This document shows, piece by piece, positions 28,490 to 37,168 of a stretch of 64,000 nucleotides of DNA. The position numbers and the translations under genes are program-made. Each line of letters begins with the position of its first letter. Within the stretch, counting starts at the first letter, position 1. Origin of the DNA: an uncultured delta proteobacterium (lineage in GTDB: Bacteria > Desulfobacterota > Desulfobacteria > Desulfobacterales > JAHEIW01); assembly GCA_963706575.1 (NCBI GenBank), contig CAVPNL010000006.1:448001-512000 (forward strand), given 5' to 3'. The notes under the pieces were generated by a model. It had not been told where the DNA came from and ran no database searches. It worked only from the letters and a program-made list of their open reading frames with translations.

Positions 28490-31366
28490 TTAACCTAAAA
28501 AAGTATTCCAGATTTTTTCCACCCGGGTTCGCAGGTGGCTGAATTTTTCCTGGGGGGCTTTCGCCGGATTTTCCTGAAGGCTGGCCTGATGGGCCGCTGC
28601 GCGATAAATCAGGTAGGCATGTTTTAAAATGTGAGCCGTATATTCATCAATGGCGCCGGTGGTGATGAGCTCCTGAATCAGGCGGACATTATCGGTCCAT
28701 TTCTGTATTTGGGGATATTCATAAGATTTTAAAAGCACCAGATACTGCACCAGAAATTCGATATCCACCATTCCGCCCGTATCCTGCTTGAGATCAAACA
28801 TGCCCGTCTCGGGTTTTAACAGTTCTTTACGCATGCGGTCACGCATGCCGACCACCTCTTGCTGCAATTTGGTTTTTTTACGCGGACGGGACAAAACATC
28901 TTTGCGGGTGCTTGCGAAGTGGTCGGTTAACAGCGAATCGCCGAGGATGGGCCGTGCCTTTATCAGAGCCTGATGTTCCCAGGTCCAGGCCGAGTTTTGC
29001 TGGTAATCGCGAAATGCTTCCGCATGGCTGACGAGTACCCCGGAACCCCCGCTGGGCCGCAGGCGCATATCGATTTCATACAATCTGCCCGCCCGCGTGT
29101 GGGCCGTCAGGATATGGATGACACGCTGCCCGAGGCGGTTAAAGAATTGCGTGCTGTCGACGGCCTGTTGGCCGCCTTTCGTTTTTTCGCCGGTTCCGGA
29201 ATGCAGAAATACCAGGTCAAGGTCCGAGCCGTAGCCCAGCTCCAGTCCCCCCAGTTTGCCGTAAGCGATGACCGCGAAGCCTTTTTCGCAGGTTTTCCCG
29301 TTGAGCTGACAGGCCGGGGCACCGTGCTTTTTATACAGATGATCATAGGCCATTTGGACGACTTGGGCCAGCAGCGTCTCGGCAATGTCGGACAGATGAT
29401 CGCTAACCCGCATCAGGGGCAGCGCTCCGCTAACATCGGCAGCGGCAACGCGCAGGACGTTGATTTCTTTGAAAACGCACAGCTGCTCTATCTGGTATTC
29501 CAGATCATCAGAAGGGGCCCGGCGCAAGCGCTGGTTTAAATCAAACTTGATCTGCCCGGCCTCAGGCGGCATATAAAGGGTGCGCGGATCGAGAAGCTCA
29601 TCTAAAAGAACCGGATGCTGGGCCAGAAAAGAGGCGATCCAGGGGCTGGCTCCTGCCAGTTGAATCAGATGGGTTAATGCCATCGGATTTTCGAGTAAAA
29701 GCGCAAGATAGCTGATGCGCCCGCCGATGGATTTTATCAGATCGATAATCCGGCCGAGAACCATCTCGGAGCTGTTCCCGCCACCCACTTCTTTGAGAAC
29801 CTGGGGGATTAATTTTTCAAGACGGCGGCGGCCTTTATCACCTAACCGGTTCGATCCAAGGGCATTGCGTAAATAATCCAACAATTGCAATGCCTCCCGG
29901 GGTTGGGTAAAACCGATGCCCACCAGTGTTTCTTCAGCCTGATCGTCGCGGATCACGCCTTGCCAGATACCCTGCAGCTGTTCTTCCAGGTTCGGCTGTT
30001 TGGGTTTAGAATCTTTGGCCTCCAACAGGATTTGAAAATGGCGGTGCACATTGCTGCGATGCCGATCAAGTTGCGAGAAGAATTCGCCTGCATCCGCAAA
30101 CCCCATGGATGCCGCCAGTCGTGCCTGATCCGATTCATTCAAAGGCAAATCATGGGTTTGCTGATCGGCGAATTCCTGCAGCCGGTGTTCGGTATTTCTA
30201 AGAAATACGTAAGCGGCCGTCAGCTCCTCACCCACCTCGGAGGGGATGTGATTGTCACGGACCAGTATCTTTAATACCTTCTGGATGCTGCGTTGTTGAA
30301 GATCGGGCGTCACACCGCCGCGAATCAGCTGAAACATGTGGCCGAAGAACTCGATTTCCCGAATACCTCCCCTTCCCAGCTTGATATTGCGTTTCGTTCC
30401 TTTGCGTTTGACTTCAAGAGAAATCATGCGCTTCATTTCCCTCAAAGAATCATATGCGCCATAATCCAGATATCGCCGATAAATGAAAGGGTTTAAACGT
30501 TTAAGCAAATGATCGCCGGCTTTTTTGTCACCGGCTACGGCTCTGGCCCGAATCAATGCATAGCGCTCCCACTCCCGACCCTGCTGTTCGAAATAGTTTT
30601 CCAGGGCATCAAAATGCATAACCAGCGGTCCATTTTCCCCGTAGGGCCGCAAGCGCATGTCCATACGGAACACAAACCCTTCGGGGGTCGGTTGGCTGAT
30701 AACCTTAATGAGCTGGCGGCCAAGGCGGGTGAAAAAATCATCCGTGCTGATCGATTGGGGGGTTCCGCGTGTATGGCCGGCTTTCGGGTAAGCGAAGATA
30801 AGATCGATATCGGAAGAGAAGTTAAGCTCTTGTGCACCCAGTTTGCCCAGGCCCAGGATGATCAACTGTTGAGATGAGCCATCTGCGGCGATGGGTGCGC
30901 CAAATTTTTCAGATAACCCATCATAAAGAATTAAGGCAGTCTGTTCGAGGCAAGTATCTGCCAGATTGGAGAGGTCAGTGACGGTTTCCGCTAAATTGCT
31001 CCAGGCGGCAAGGTCACGAAACGCAATGCGCGTCATTTCGCGGCGTCGAAAGGTCCGCAGGATTTGGATTAAAGCCGCCTCATCTTTCACATTAATGAGA
31101 ACGGGTTTTAGGATTTCAGAAAAGTGATGCTGAGAATAACTTTCTTGCAGATCTCCACTTTCAATCAGATCGGAGATTAAAGCAGGGTGACGGATGCAGT
31201 TTTCGGCCACAAAGTCGCTAAATGCAAACACACGCTGAAGTACTTGAAGAATTTGCGATTCTTGCGGAAGGCTAATTTTGTGTTGGACACATGATTGTTC
31301 AAACGCCTCCCACTTTTTTTCCAGGTCCTGTACCAGTATGTCGGGGAGGTCGGTTGTCGATTTCAT
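28490..31366 (-). CDS. glnE: Bifunctional glutamine synthetase adenylyltransferase/deadenylase
   Basis: Two nucleotidyltransferase domains (GKLGAQELNFSSDIDL; GKLGGLELGYGSDLDL), with DMRLRP in each. Confidence 0.95.
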   Translation of the reverse strand: MKSTTDLPDILVQDLEKKWEAFEQSCVQHKISLPQESQILQVLQRVFAFSDFVAENCIRHPALISDLIESGDLQESYSQHHFSEILKPVLINVKDEAALIQILRTFRRREMTRIAFRDLAAWSNLAETVTDLSNLADTCLEQTALILYDGLSEKFGAPIAADGSSQQLIILGLGKLGAQELNFSSDIDLIFAYPKAGHTRGTPQSISTDDFFTRLGRQLIKVISQPTPEGFVFRMDMRLRPYGENGPLVMHFDALENYFEQQGREWERYALIRARAVAGDKKAGDHLLKRLNPFIYRRYLDYGAYDSLREMKRMISLEVKRKGTKRNIKLGRGGIREIEFFGHMFQLIRGGVTPDLQQRSIQKVLKILVRDNHIPSEVGEELTAAYVFLRNTEHRLQEFADQQTHDLPLNESDQARLAASMGFADAGEFFSQLDRHRSNVHRHFQILLEAKDSKPKQPNLEEQLQGIWQGVIRDDQAEETLVGIGFTQPREALQLLDYLRNALGSNRLGDKGRRRLEKLIPQVLKEVGGGNSSEMVLGRIIDLIKSIGGRISYLALLLENPMALTHLIQLAGASPWIASFLAQHPVLLDELLDPRTLYMPPEAGQIKFDLNQRLRRAPSDDLEYQIEQLCVFKEINVLRVAAADVSGALPLMRVSDHLSDIAETLLAQVVQMAYDHLYKKHGAPACQLNGKTCEKGFAVIAYGKLGGLELGYGSDLDLVFLHSGTGEKTKGGQQAVDSTQFFNRLGQRVIHILTAHTRAGRLYEIDMRLRPSGGSGVLVSHAEAFRDYQQNSAWTWEHQALIKARPILGDSLLTDHFASTRKDVLSRPRKKTKLQQEVVGMRDRMRKELLKPETGMFDLKQDTGGMVDIEFLVQYLVLLKSYEYPQIQKWTDNVRLIQELITTGAIDEYTAHILKHAYLIYRAAAHQASLQENPAKAPQEKFSHLRTRVEKIWNTFLG

Positions 31367-31384
31367 ATCAAAAATGTTTAATCT

Positions 31385-31463
31385 AGCGCATAGAGCAGAG
31401 CGCAAAGAACAAGTCAACATCCGCATGTTCAACGCCATGCGCTATGCCCCATGCCCTATGCTA
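31385..31463. repeat. Inverted pair of 7-bp-period tandem repeats
   Basis: agcgcatagagcagagcgcaaag ... acgccatgcgctatgccccatgccctatgcta, overlapping the stop of the M48 gene; the same unit occurs at 23076-23101. Confidence 0.6.
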
Positions 31464-32798
31464 TTTTATGTACCCCCAATCCACCAAGCGGCGATAGGCA
31501 TGCTGGGCGTATTTGCCTTCCTGTACGACCTGCAGATAGCGATTGTATTCATTGGCAGCCGGCTCGATGTGATTCATGCCTTCCTGGCAATAGCCTTTAA
31601 AGAAAGTAATGTTGGGATTCCCGGGCAGCAGCCTATCATAATTGCTGAATTCATCGTAGGCCCCGTCAAAATCTTTCAGCTGGATTTTAGAGTAGCCGCT
31701 GAGGTGATAGGCTTGAGCTTCTTCGGGGTAGGCCTTCTGGGCCATCTCGGCATACTGGCGGCCGACCGCATATTTTTTCTGAGCTAAATTACTGATTGAC
31801 ATCATGCACAGGGCAACATAATCGTCAGGTGCTTTTTTCAAGGCATTGCGAAAATGATTGCCGGCGGCATCGTATTTGCGCGCTGCCATTTGTTCCTCTC
31901 CGTTTTGAATCTCTTCGATGGCCTCTTTTTTGGCTCTCAAGCCGGCGGTCTGGTCCATATAGCGTTCCCGGTAAAGCGGTCCTTTTAAAGCGGACCGATA
32001 TTTTGTATTTGCGGCCTGAACGGCGGTATCATATCTTTCCTGACTCATCGGATGAGTGGCAAATAACAGGTCCACGGTCGTGGATTTGTGTTTTGACATG
32101 CTGTTGAGCATCTCCATCAAACCGACAAATCCTTCAGAACCATAGCCTGCGCCCACCATATATTCAATGCCCAGTGCATCGGCTTCGCGTTCATTATTCC
32201 GGCTGTATTTTGCCAGTAAGGCACCGGCACTGATCTGGCCCAGCTGACCTGCCAGCTCGCCCAAAGCGGCGCTCTGGGTTCCGGCCAACACCGAAATGCC
32301 GCCAACCAACGCCTGGGTAAGCTGCCCCTTTGACATCTGCTCGGCGGCGTGCCGGGCGTTCACATGCCCCAGTTCGTGTCCCAGCAGGGCGGCCAGCTCG
32401 GCTTCATTTTCCAGTGTAAGCATAATGCCGCGGGTGGCGGCAATGCTGCCGGCGGGAAAGGCATAGGCATTGACATAAGTGGCGTTTACCACTCGAAACG
32501 AATAGGGCATATGGGGACGATGGGAAGCAGCCGCCATCTTGTTGCCGACCTCACTGATGTAGCGGTTTAATTTATTGTCCTGCACTTCCCCGTAATCGGT
32601 GGAAAACTGGAGCGGCGAGTACTGTTTGTCGATTTGGATTTCAGTATCTTCGGATACCAGCATAAATTGTTTTTTACCGGTAACCGGATCCGTGGCGCAT
32701 CCGAAAATAAAACCGGCAGCGGTCATCGATGAAAGCCACATGAATTCCCGTCGGGTCAGAAAACCTTTCTTTGTATGGCTCAAATGGTTGTATGGCAT
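31461..32798 (-). CDS. M48 family metalloprotease with TPR (BepA-like), Tat-exported lipoprotein
   Basis: TRREF Tat motif, lipobox Cys, HELGH zinc motif, EREAD, THP and C-terminal TPRs. Confidence 0.9.
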   Translation of the reverse strand: MPYNHLSHTKKGFLTRREFMWLSSMTAAGFIFGCATDPVTGKKQFMLVSEDTEIQIDKQYSPLQFSTDYGEVQDNKLNRYISEVGNKMAAASHRPHMPYSFRVVNATYVNAYAFPAGSIAATRGIMLTLENEAELAALLGHELGHVNARHAAEQMSKGQLTQALVGGISVLAGTQSAALGELAGQLGQISAGALLAKYSRNNEREADALGIEYMVGAGYGSEGFVGLMEMLNSMSKHKSTTVDLLFATHPMSQERYDTAVQAANTKYRSALKGPLYRERYMDQTAGLRAKKEAIEEIQNGEEQMAARKYDAAGNHFRNALKKAPDDYVALCMMSISNLAQKKYAVGRQYAEMAQKAYPEEAQAYHLSGYSKIQLKDFDGAYDEFSNYDRLLPGNPNITFFKGYCQEGMNHIEPAANEYNRYLQVVQEGKYAQHAYRRLVDWGYIK

Positions 32799-32819
32799 AG
32801 AGCCTCCCTTCTCCTCTTT

Positions 32820-33242
32820 TTACCGACCGATCACCTTATACGTTTCAAGCAATCGCTTACCCAGGGTAGCAGCAAGTTGCCTGAAAAAAATGATCCCATT
32901 TTCCGCATCCTCTTCTAAAATTCTGGACAATTCTTTACTGGCGGTTTTCAGCAATTTGGTCGGCTCTAAACATTCGGCCGATGCGGAATAAACATTCCCC
33001 CCGATAAGACTGGACCATCCAAAAGCTTCTCCATTGCGCTCGGCATTGTAAACCACCTGTTGCGGTTGGCCGACACTTAATTTTACACTTCCGTTGAGCA
33101 GAATGAAAAAAAAATTGGCGGGATCATTTTCGCGGAAAAGAACTTCACCTTTTTTGTGAGAGGACATTTCGCAGATGTCCATGAATTTTTTTACGAAATC
33201 CATGCTGGTGCCAGTAAAAAGAGCGGATTGCTTGATGTACAT
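32820..33242 (-). CDS. Cyclic nucleotide-binding domain protein
   Basis: GEVLFREND...ILLNGSVKL...GEAFGWSSL. Confidence 0.85.
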   Translation of the reverse strand: MYIKQSALFTGTSMDFVKKFMDICEMSSHKKGEVLFRENDPANFFFILLNGSVKLSVGQPQQVVYNAERNGEAFGWSSLIGGNVYSASAECLEPTKLLKTASKELSRILEEDAENGIIFFRQLAATLGKRLLETYKVIGR

Positions 33243-33483
33243 GATTTTTCCTGTCTAAGTGTTTTAGCTCTTCGAAATTGAGTTTGACCTTTTTGAGATG
33301 GGTTCTAGAATGGGCGCTAACCCCGTATATATAAAATAAAGTCGCCGGGTTGTCAAAATAATAACCGGCGAATGAACCAGAGCAGGGCAGCAGGTTGTTT
33401 TTGGCTGCCTGCGCTGACTCTGCCTGCGGGCCCGGCTGAAAAATGGCAAGCGAGTCAGCACTTGGCGCTAAACACATCAAATC

Positions 33484-33528
33484 TAACGTTTTTGTAAGTT
33501 AAGCCGGTGACCCTTTACATTTATGTAT
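33484..33528. promoter_or_regulatory. Paired upstream activator sites
   Basis: TAACGTTTTTGTAA (33484) and TTACATTTATGTAT (33515), 31 bp apart. Confidence 0.55.
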
Positions 33529-33601
33529 GATTTTCGAGGCGATTATTTTAAGCTGATTCATGTGTTCAGGATTTATGGGCATTTGCGCGCTTTTCATACT
33601 C

Positions 33602-33617
33602 TGGCATGTTCATTGCT
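33602..33617 (+). promoter_or_regulatory. Sigma54 (-24/-12) promoter
   Basis: TGGCATGTTCATTGCT with exact GG-N10-GC spacing, facing the glutamate synthase genes. Confidence 0.7.
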
Positions 33618-34166
33618 GATACTCAAGGTTGGTATGGTGGTTGTCGGCCTACCTTGATTAAGACCTGCAGGATGAAATTTCTGAGTTTCTTGAAATTACA
33701 TGCATCTGCGCCCGGCAATATTTTGATTTTCGGATTAATAGTTGATTTATATCAATTTTTTGTTTTTCATATTTGTTTTATATGATATAAGCGACGGGTT
33801 GATAAAGCCCGGCGGTTTTAAGAAAGGGGGCTTTAAGCAAAATCGAAAAGGAGGGAAACGCCACATTAAAATATTCCCAATCGGGGTTATTCTAAAATGT
33901 TGGCTGGCATTGTAACAAACTAAACATTAACTCCCGATCAAGATTCGGGAACTGTTCCCATATGATGCCTCACATGTTCCATTGCGGGTCCATGGTTTCT
34001 GAAGGTTTTCCAGGACCCGCGATATGCCTCCGATAAACTCCCATAAAGATTTTGATTATGAAACGATTGACGACCATAACTTGCAGCTCATCCTGCCTTA
34101 AGCGATAGCCTGACTGATCCGCACACTTTACCGACAACGCATCGATTCCCGTCGCTGGGGCGATTG

Positions 34167-34200
34167 TATCCCTGTTGGGTTCTCCCCAAAGGGATTTTTG
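34167..34200 (+). terminator. Terminator-like hairpin just upstream of the glutamate synthase RBS
   Basis: atccctgttggg-ttctc-cccaaagggat followed by ttttg. Confidence 0.45.
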
Positions 34201-34238
34201 ATCTTTAAACTGACACCGAAAAAAGGAGATCAATTCCC

Positions 34239-35369
34239 ATGTGTCGCTTATTTGCCATCACCAGTCAGGAGCCGTTATCACCGATGGTTGCCCTGAATGC
34301 GCTTGACGTTATGCGCGAGGGGCATGATTGTTCCGGGGTCGGGATTTTTTTGCGGGATCTTGCCGGGCCCTTTGAAGAGATAAAGGATGCGCCGATTTTA
34401 TCGGGAATTTTCAGCGATAAAGGGTTAAAGCGTCTGGACACATTTATGATGGATATCGGCTTTATGACCAAATACAAAATTTCGGTCAAATTGCCCAAGA
34501 TTCCCCCGCCCGGTGTTCCCAAACGGGATGTTTATCTGATTCGGGCCTATGAATACCCCGAAGAGTGGGAGGATCTCAGCCAGGCCGAGCTCTATGATCA
34601 GCTTCTTAAAATCCGGCTTCAGCTGCGGGCCATGGGGGAGGAAAAAAACGATATGATCGTTTTTTCTTTCTGGCCGGATGTGATTATGATCAAGGAAATC
34701 GGGGATCCCATGCTGGTTGCCGAGCACCTGAACCTGGACCGCAAAGAACTTTTTGCCAGGGTGATCATGGCCCAGGGGAGGCAAAACACCAACTATGCCA
34801 TTACCCTGTATGCCTGTCACCCCTTTTTCATTCAGGGATATTCAACCATGACCAACGGCGAAAATACGGCCTTCGTTCCGATTCGCTCGTTTTTGGAGTC
34901 GAGGGGATTTCCAGGTTATACCGGCTACCAGTCGGATTCAGAGGTTTTTACCCATATTCTGCATTATGCGGTTTCCAAGCTTGGCCTGGGCCTAGAAACA
35001 TATAAACATATTATCACCCCGCTTCAGGACGACGATCTGATTGATCATCCCAGCAGCCGTTTTTTAAAGAACCTGAAGCAAACCTGCCGGCCCTTGATTA
35101 TCGATGGGCCCAACTGCGTCATCGGCTGTCTGCCGGACCATAGTGTATTTATGGTGCAGGATCGTAAAAAACTGCGACCCGGTGTTGTCGGCGGAAAGCC
35201 CGGCGTCTATGCCTTTTCTTCAGAAATATGCGGCCTGGACGCCGCTATTCCAAACCGGGATAAAAGCAAGGACTTTCAACCCATGCACCTGGATACGGCC
35301 ATTGTCGGTCCGGGGCGTCAGGAGGTTACCCTATGGAACCAGAAAGACCCATTACCCCTTCCACACTGA
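34239..35369 (+). CDS. Glutamate synthase amidotransferase subunit (class II GATase, GltB domain 1)
   Basis: N-terminal MCRL nucleophile Cys, GRQNTN, CHPF, TNGEN, SDSE and RKKLRP motifs. Confidence 0.88.
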   Translation: MCRLFAITSQEPLSPMVALNALDVMREGHDCSGVGIFLRDLAGPFEEIKDAPILSGIFSDKGLKRLDTFMMDIGFMTKYKISVKLPKIPPPGVPKRDVYLIRAYEYPEEWEDLSQAELYDQLLKIRLQLRAMGEEKNDMIVFSFWPDVIMIKEIGDPMLVAEHLNLDRKELFARVIMAQGRQNTNYAITLYACHPFFIQGYSTMTNGENTAFVPIRSFLESRGFPGYTGYQSDSEVFTHILHYAVSKLGLGLETYKHIITPLQDDDLIDHPSSRFLKNLKQTCRPLIIDGPNCVIGCLPDHSVFMVQDRKKLRPGVVGGKPGVYAFSSEICGLDAAIPNRDKSKDFQPMHLDTAIVGPGRQEVTLWNQKDPLPLPH

Positions 35370-36967
35370 GTATTAAAGACTTACCGTGGCAGGTTCTATG
35401 GGATAAAGAAAAATGTTCCCTATGCGGCAAATGCACGGCAATATGCCCGGTAAATGCCATTGAACTGGGGGTATTTCGCAAGCGGTTGCTCGAACCCCCG
35501 ACGGATCTGGCGCAGGCTCCGGCCATGGCATATAAAAGTTATTACGGCATCCGCCAAAAAACAGACCCGGCTTACCGCTGTATCGGCTGTGCCATGTGCA
35601 CCATGGTTTGCCCCAATGACTGCATTGTTCCCTGCCGAAGTGATGAAGCCGATAAACTCAAATTTCACGTTGACCAGGGCGGCCAGCCCCGCCGACGGGG
35701 CGGACGGCGCAATGTGCCCGGTGGTATTCTCGATCGCCTGAAATTCATCCGGATCTCGATGTTAACGGACCCGGCCCTGGATGCCGGCCGCCATGAGTTC
35801 GAACTGCGCACTTTGCTGGGACGCGTTTTGCCGCCTGAAGACAATCTAAAATTTTTAAGCCTCAACGGCTGGATTCCACCGGTTCGCGAAATCTATCCGT
35901 TGATCATCGGTGCCATGTCTTTCGGGGCCCTGTCCCCCAACATGTGGGAAGGATTGCAGATGGGTGTGGCCTATTTAAATGAAGAACTGGGTATGCCGGT
36001 ACGGATCTGTACCGGTGAGGGCGGATGCCCGCCGCGGCTGTTGCGGTCGCGGTTTTTAAAATATGTCATCCTGCAGATCGCCAGCGGCTATTTTGGCTGG
36101 GATGAGATTATTCACGCCATCCCGCACATGAAAGAAGACCCCTGTGCCATCGAGATCAAGTATGGGCAGGGTGCCAAACCCGGAGACGGCGGACTGCTGA
36201 TGTGGTACAAAGTCAATAAGCTGATTGCCGCCATCCGGGGCGTGCCCACCGGCATCAACCTGCCGAGTCCGCCCACCCACCAGACCAAGTATTCGATTGA
36301 AGAATCGGTCGCCAAGATGATCCAGTCGATGTATATGGCCTGGGGCTTCCGGGTGCCGGTATATCCGAAAATATCCGGTACCTCGACGGCCATGGCGGTT
36401 TTAAATAATCTGACCCGCAATCCCTATGCCGCCGGGCTGGCAATTGACGGTGAGGACGGCGGCACGGGTGCCGCCTATAATGTTTCCATGAACCACATGG
36501 GGCATCCCATCGCCAGCAATATTCGCGATGGATACCTGACCCTGGTGCAGCTGGGCATGCAAAACCAGCTGCCGTTGTTTGCCGGTGGCGGTGTGGGCAA
36601 AAACGGGAACCTGGCGGCCAATGCCGCCGCGCTTTACATGCTGGGAGCCAGCGGAGTGCAGATCGGCAAGTATGTCATGCAGGCCGCTGCCGGATGTCTG
36701 GGTTCTGAATCCGATCGCTGCAATATTTGCAACATCGGATTGTGTCCCAAAGGAATTACCTCCCAGGATCCGCGTCTGTATCGGCGGCTTGATGCCGAAA
36801 AAGTGGCTCAGCGGGTGGTCGATCTTTATCTAAGCTTTGACACTGAATTGAAAAAAATCGTGGCGCCGCTGGGGCGATCCACCTCATTGCCCATTGGCAT
36901 GTCCGACGCGCTAGGCATCGATGATCCCGCTGTGGCGGAACGGTTGAAGATTAAGTACGTTGTTTAA
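35333..36967 (+). CDS. Glutamate synthase FMN subunit (GltB domain 2) with N-terminal ferredoxin domain
   Basis: Two CxxCxxCxxxCP motifs; AMSFGALS, TGEGG, EIKYGQGAKPGDGG and CPKGITSQDP. Confidence 0.9.
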   Translation: MEPERPITPSTLSIKDLPWQVLWDKEKCSLCGKCTAICPVNAIELGVFRKRLLEPPTDLAQAPAMAYKSYYGIRQKTDPAYRCIGCAMCTMVCPNDCIVPCRSDEADKLKFHVDQGGQPRRRGGRRNVPGGILDRLKFIRISMLTDPALDAGRHEFELRTLLGRVLPPEDNLKFLSLNGWIPPVREIYPLIIGAMSFGALSPNMWEGLQMGVAYLNEELGMPVRICTGEGGCPPRLLRSRFLKYVILQIASGYFGWDEIIHAIPHMKEDPCAIEIKYGQGAKPGDGGLLMWYKVNKLIAAIRGVPTGINLPSPPTHQTKYSIEESVAKMIQSMYMAWGFRVPVYPKISGTSTAMAVLNNLTRNPYAAGLAIDGEDGGTGAAYNVSMNHMGHPIASNIRDGYLTLVQLGMQNQLPLFAGGGVGKNGNLAANAAALYMLGASGVQIGKYVMQAAAGCLGSESDRCNICNIGLCPKGITSQDPRLYRRLDAEKVAQRVVDLYLSFDTELKKIVAPLGRSTSLPIGMSDALGIDDPAVAERLKIKYVV

Positions 36968-37146
36968 TTCGTTTAATTTGTTTGATTGGTTCCATTGGTT
37001 AACATCTGAACTTTGAATCGTCTTTAAACCAATCAAACCAAAGTGAGCTAAAGTGACTAAAATGAACTAAAGTGAGCTAAAGTTAAAATCGGATTTTATC
37101 CTTTTAAAATTTTAGGCACTTTAGTCACTTCCAACTTTCGTCACTA
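36966..37146. repeat. Two adjacent periodic inverted-repeat elements
   Basis: 9-bp unit (tttgattgg / ccaatcaaa) pair, followed by aagtgagctaaagtgactaaaatgaactaaagtgagctaaagtt ... aattttaggcactttagtcactt, which is related to the MITE inner arms. Confidence 0.65.
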
Positions 37147-37168
37147 TTCTATAGTTTGGAGACCCTAA

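Noticed and set aside
33970..34233. 87 aa minus-strand ORF
   Set aside because: It has no recognisable domain or RBS and overlaps the glutamate synthase RBS region in antisense.
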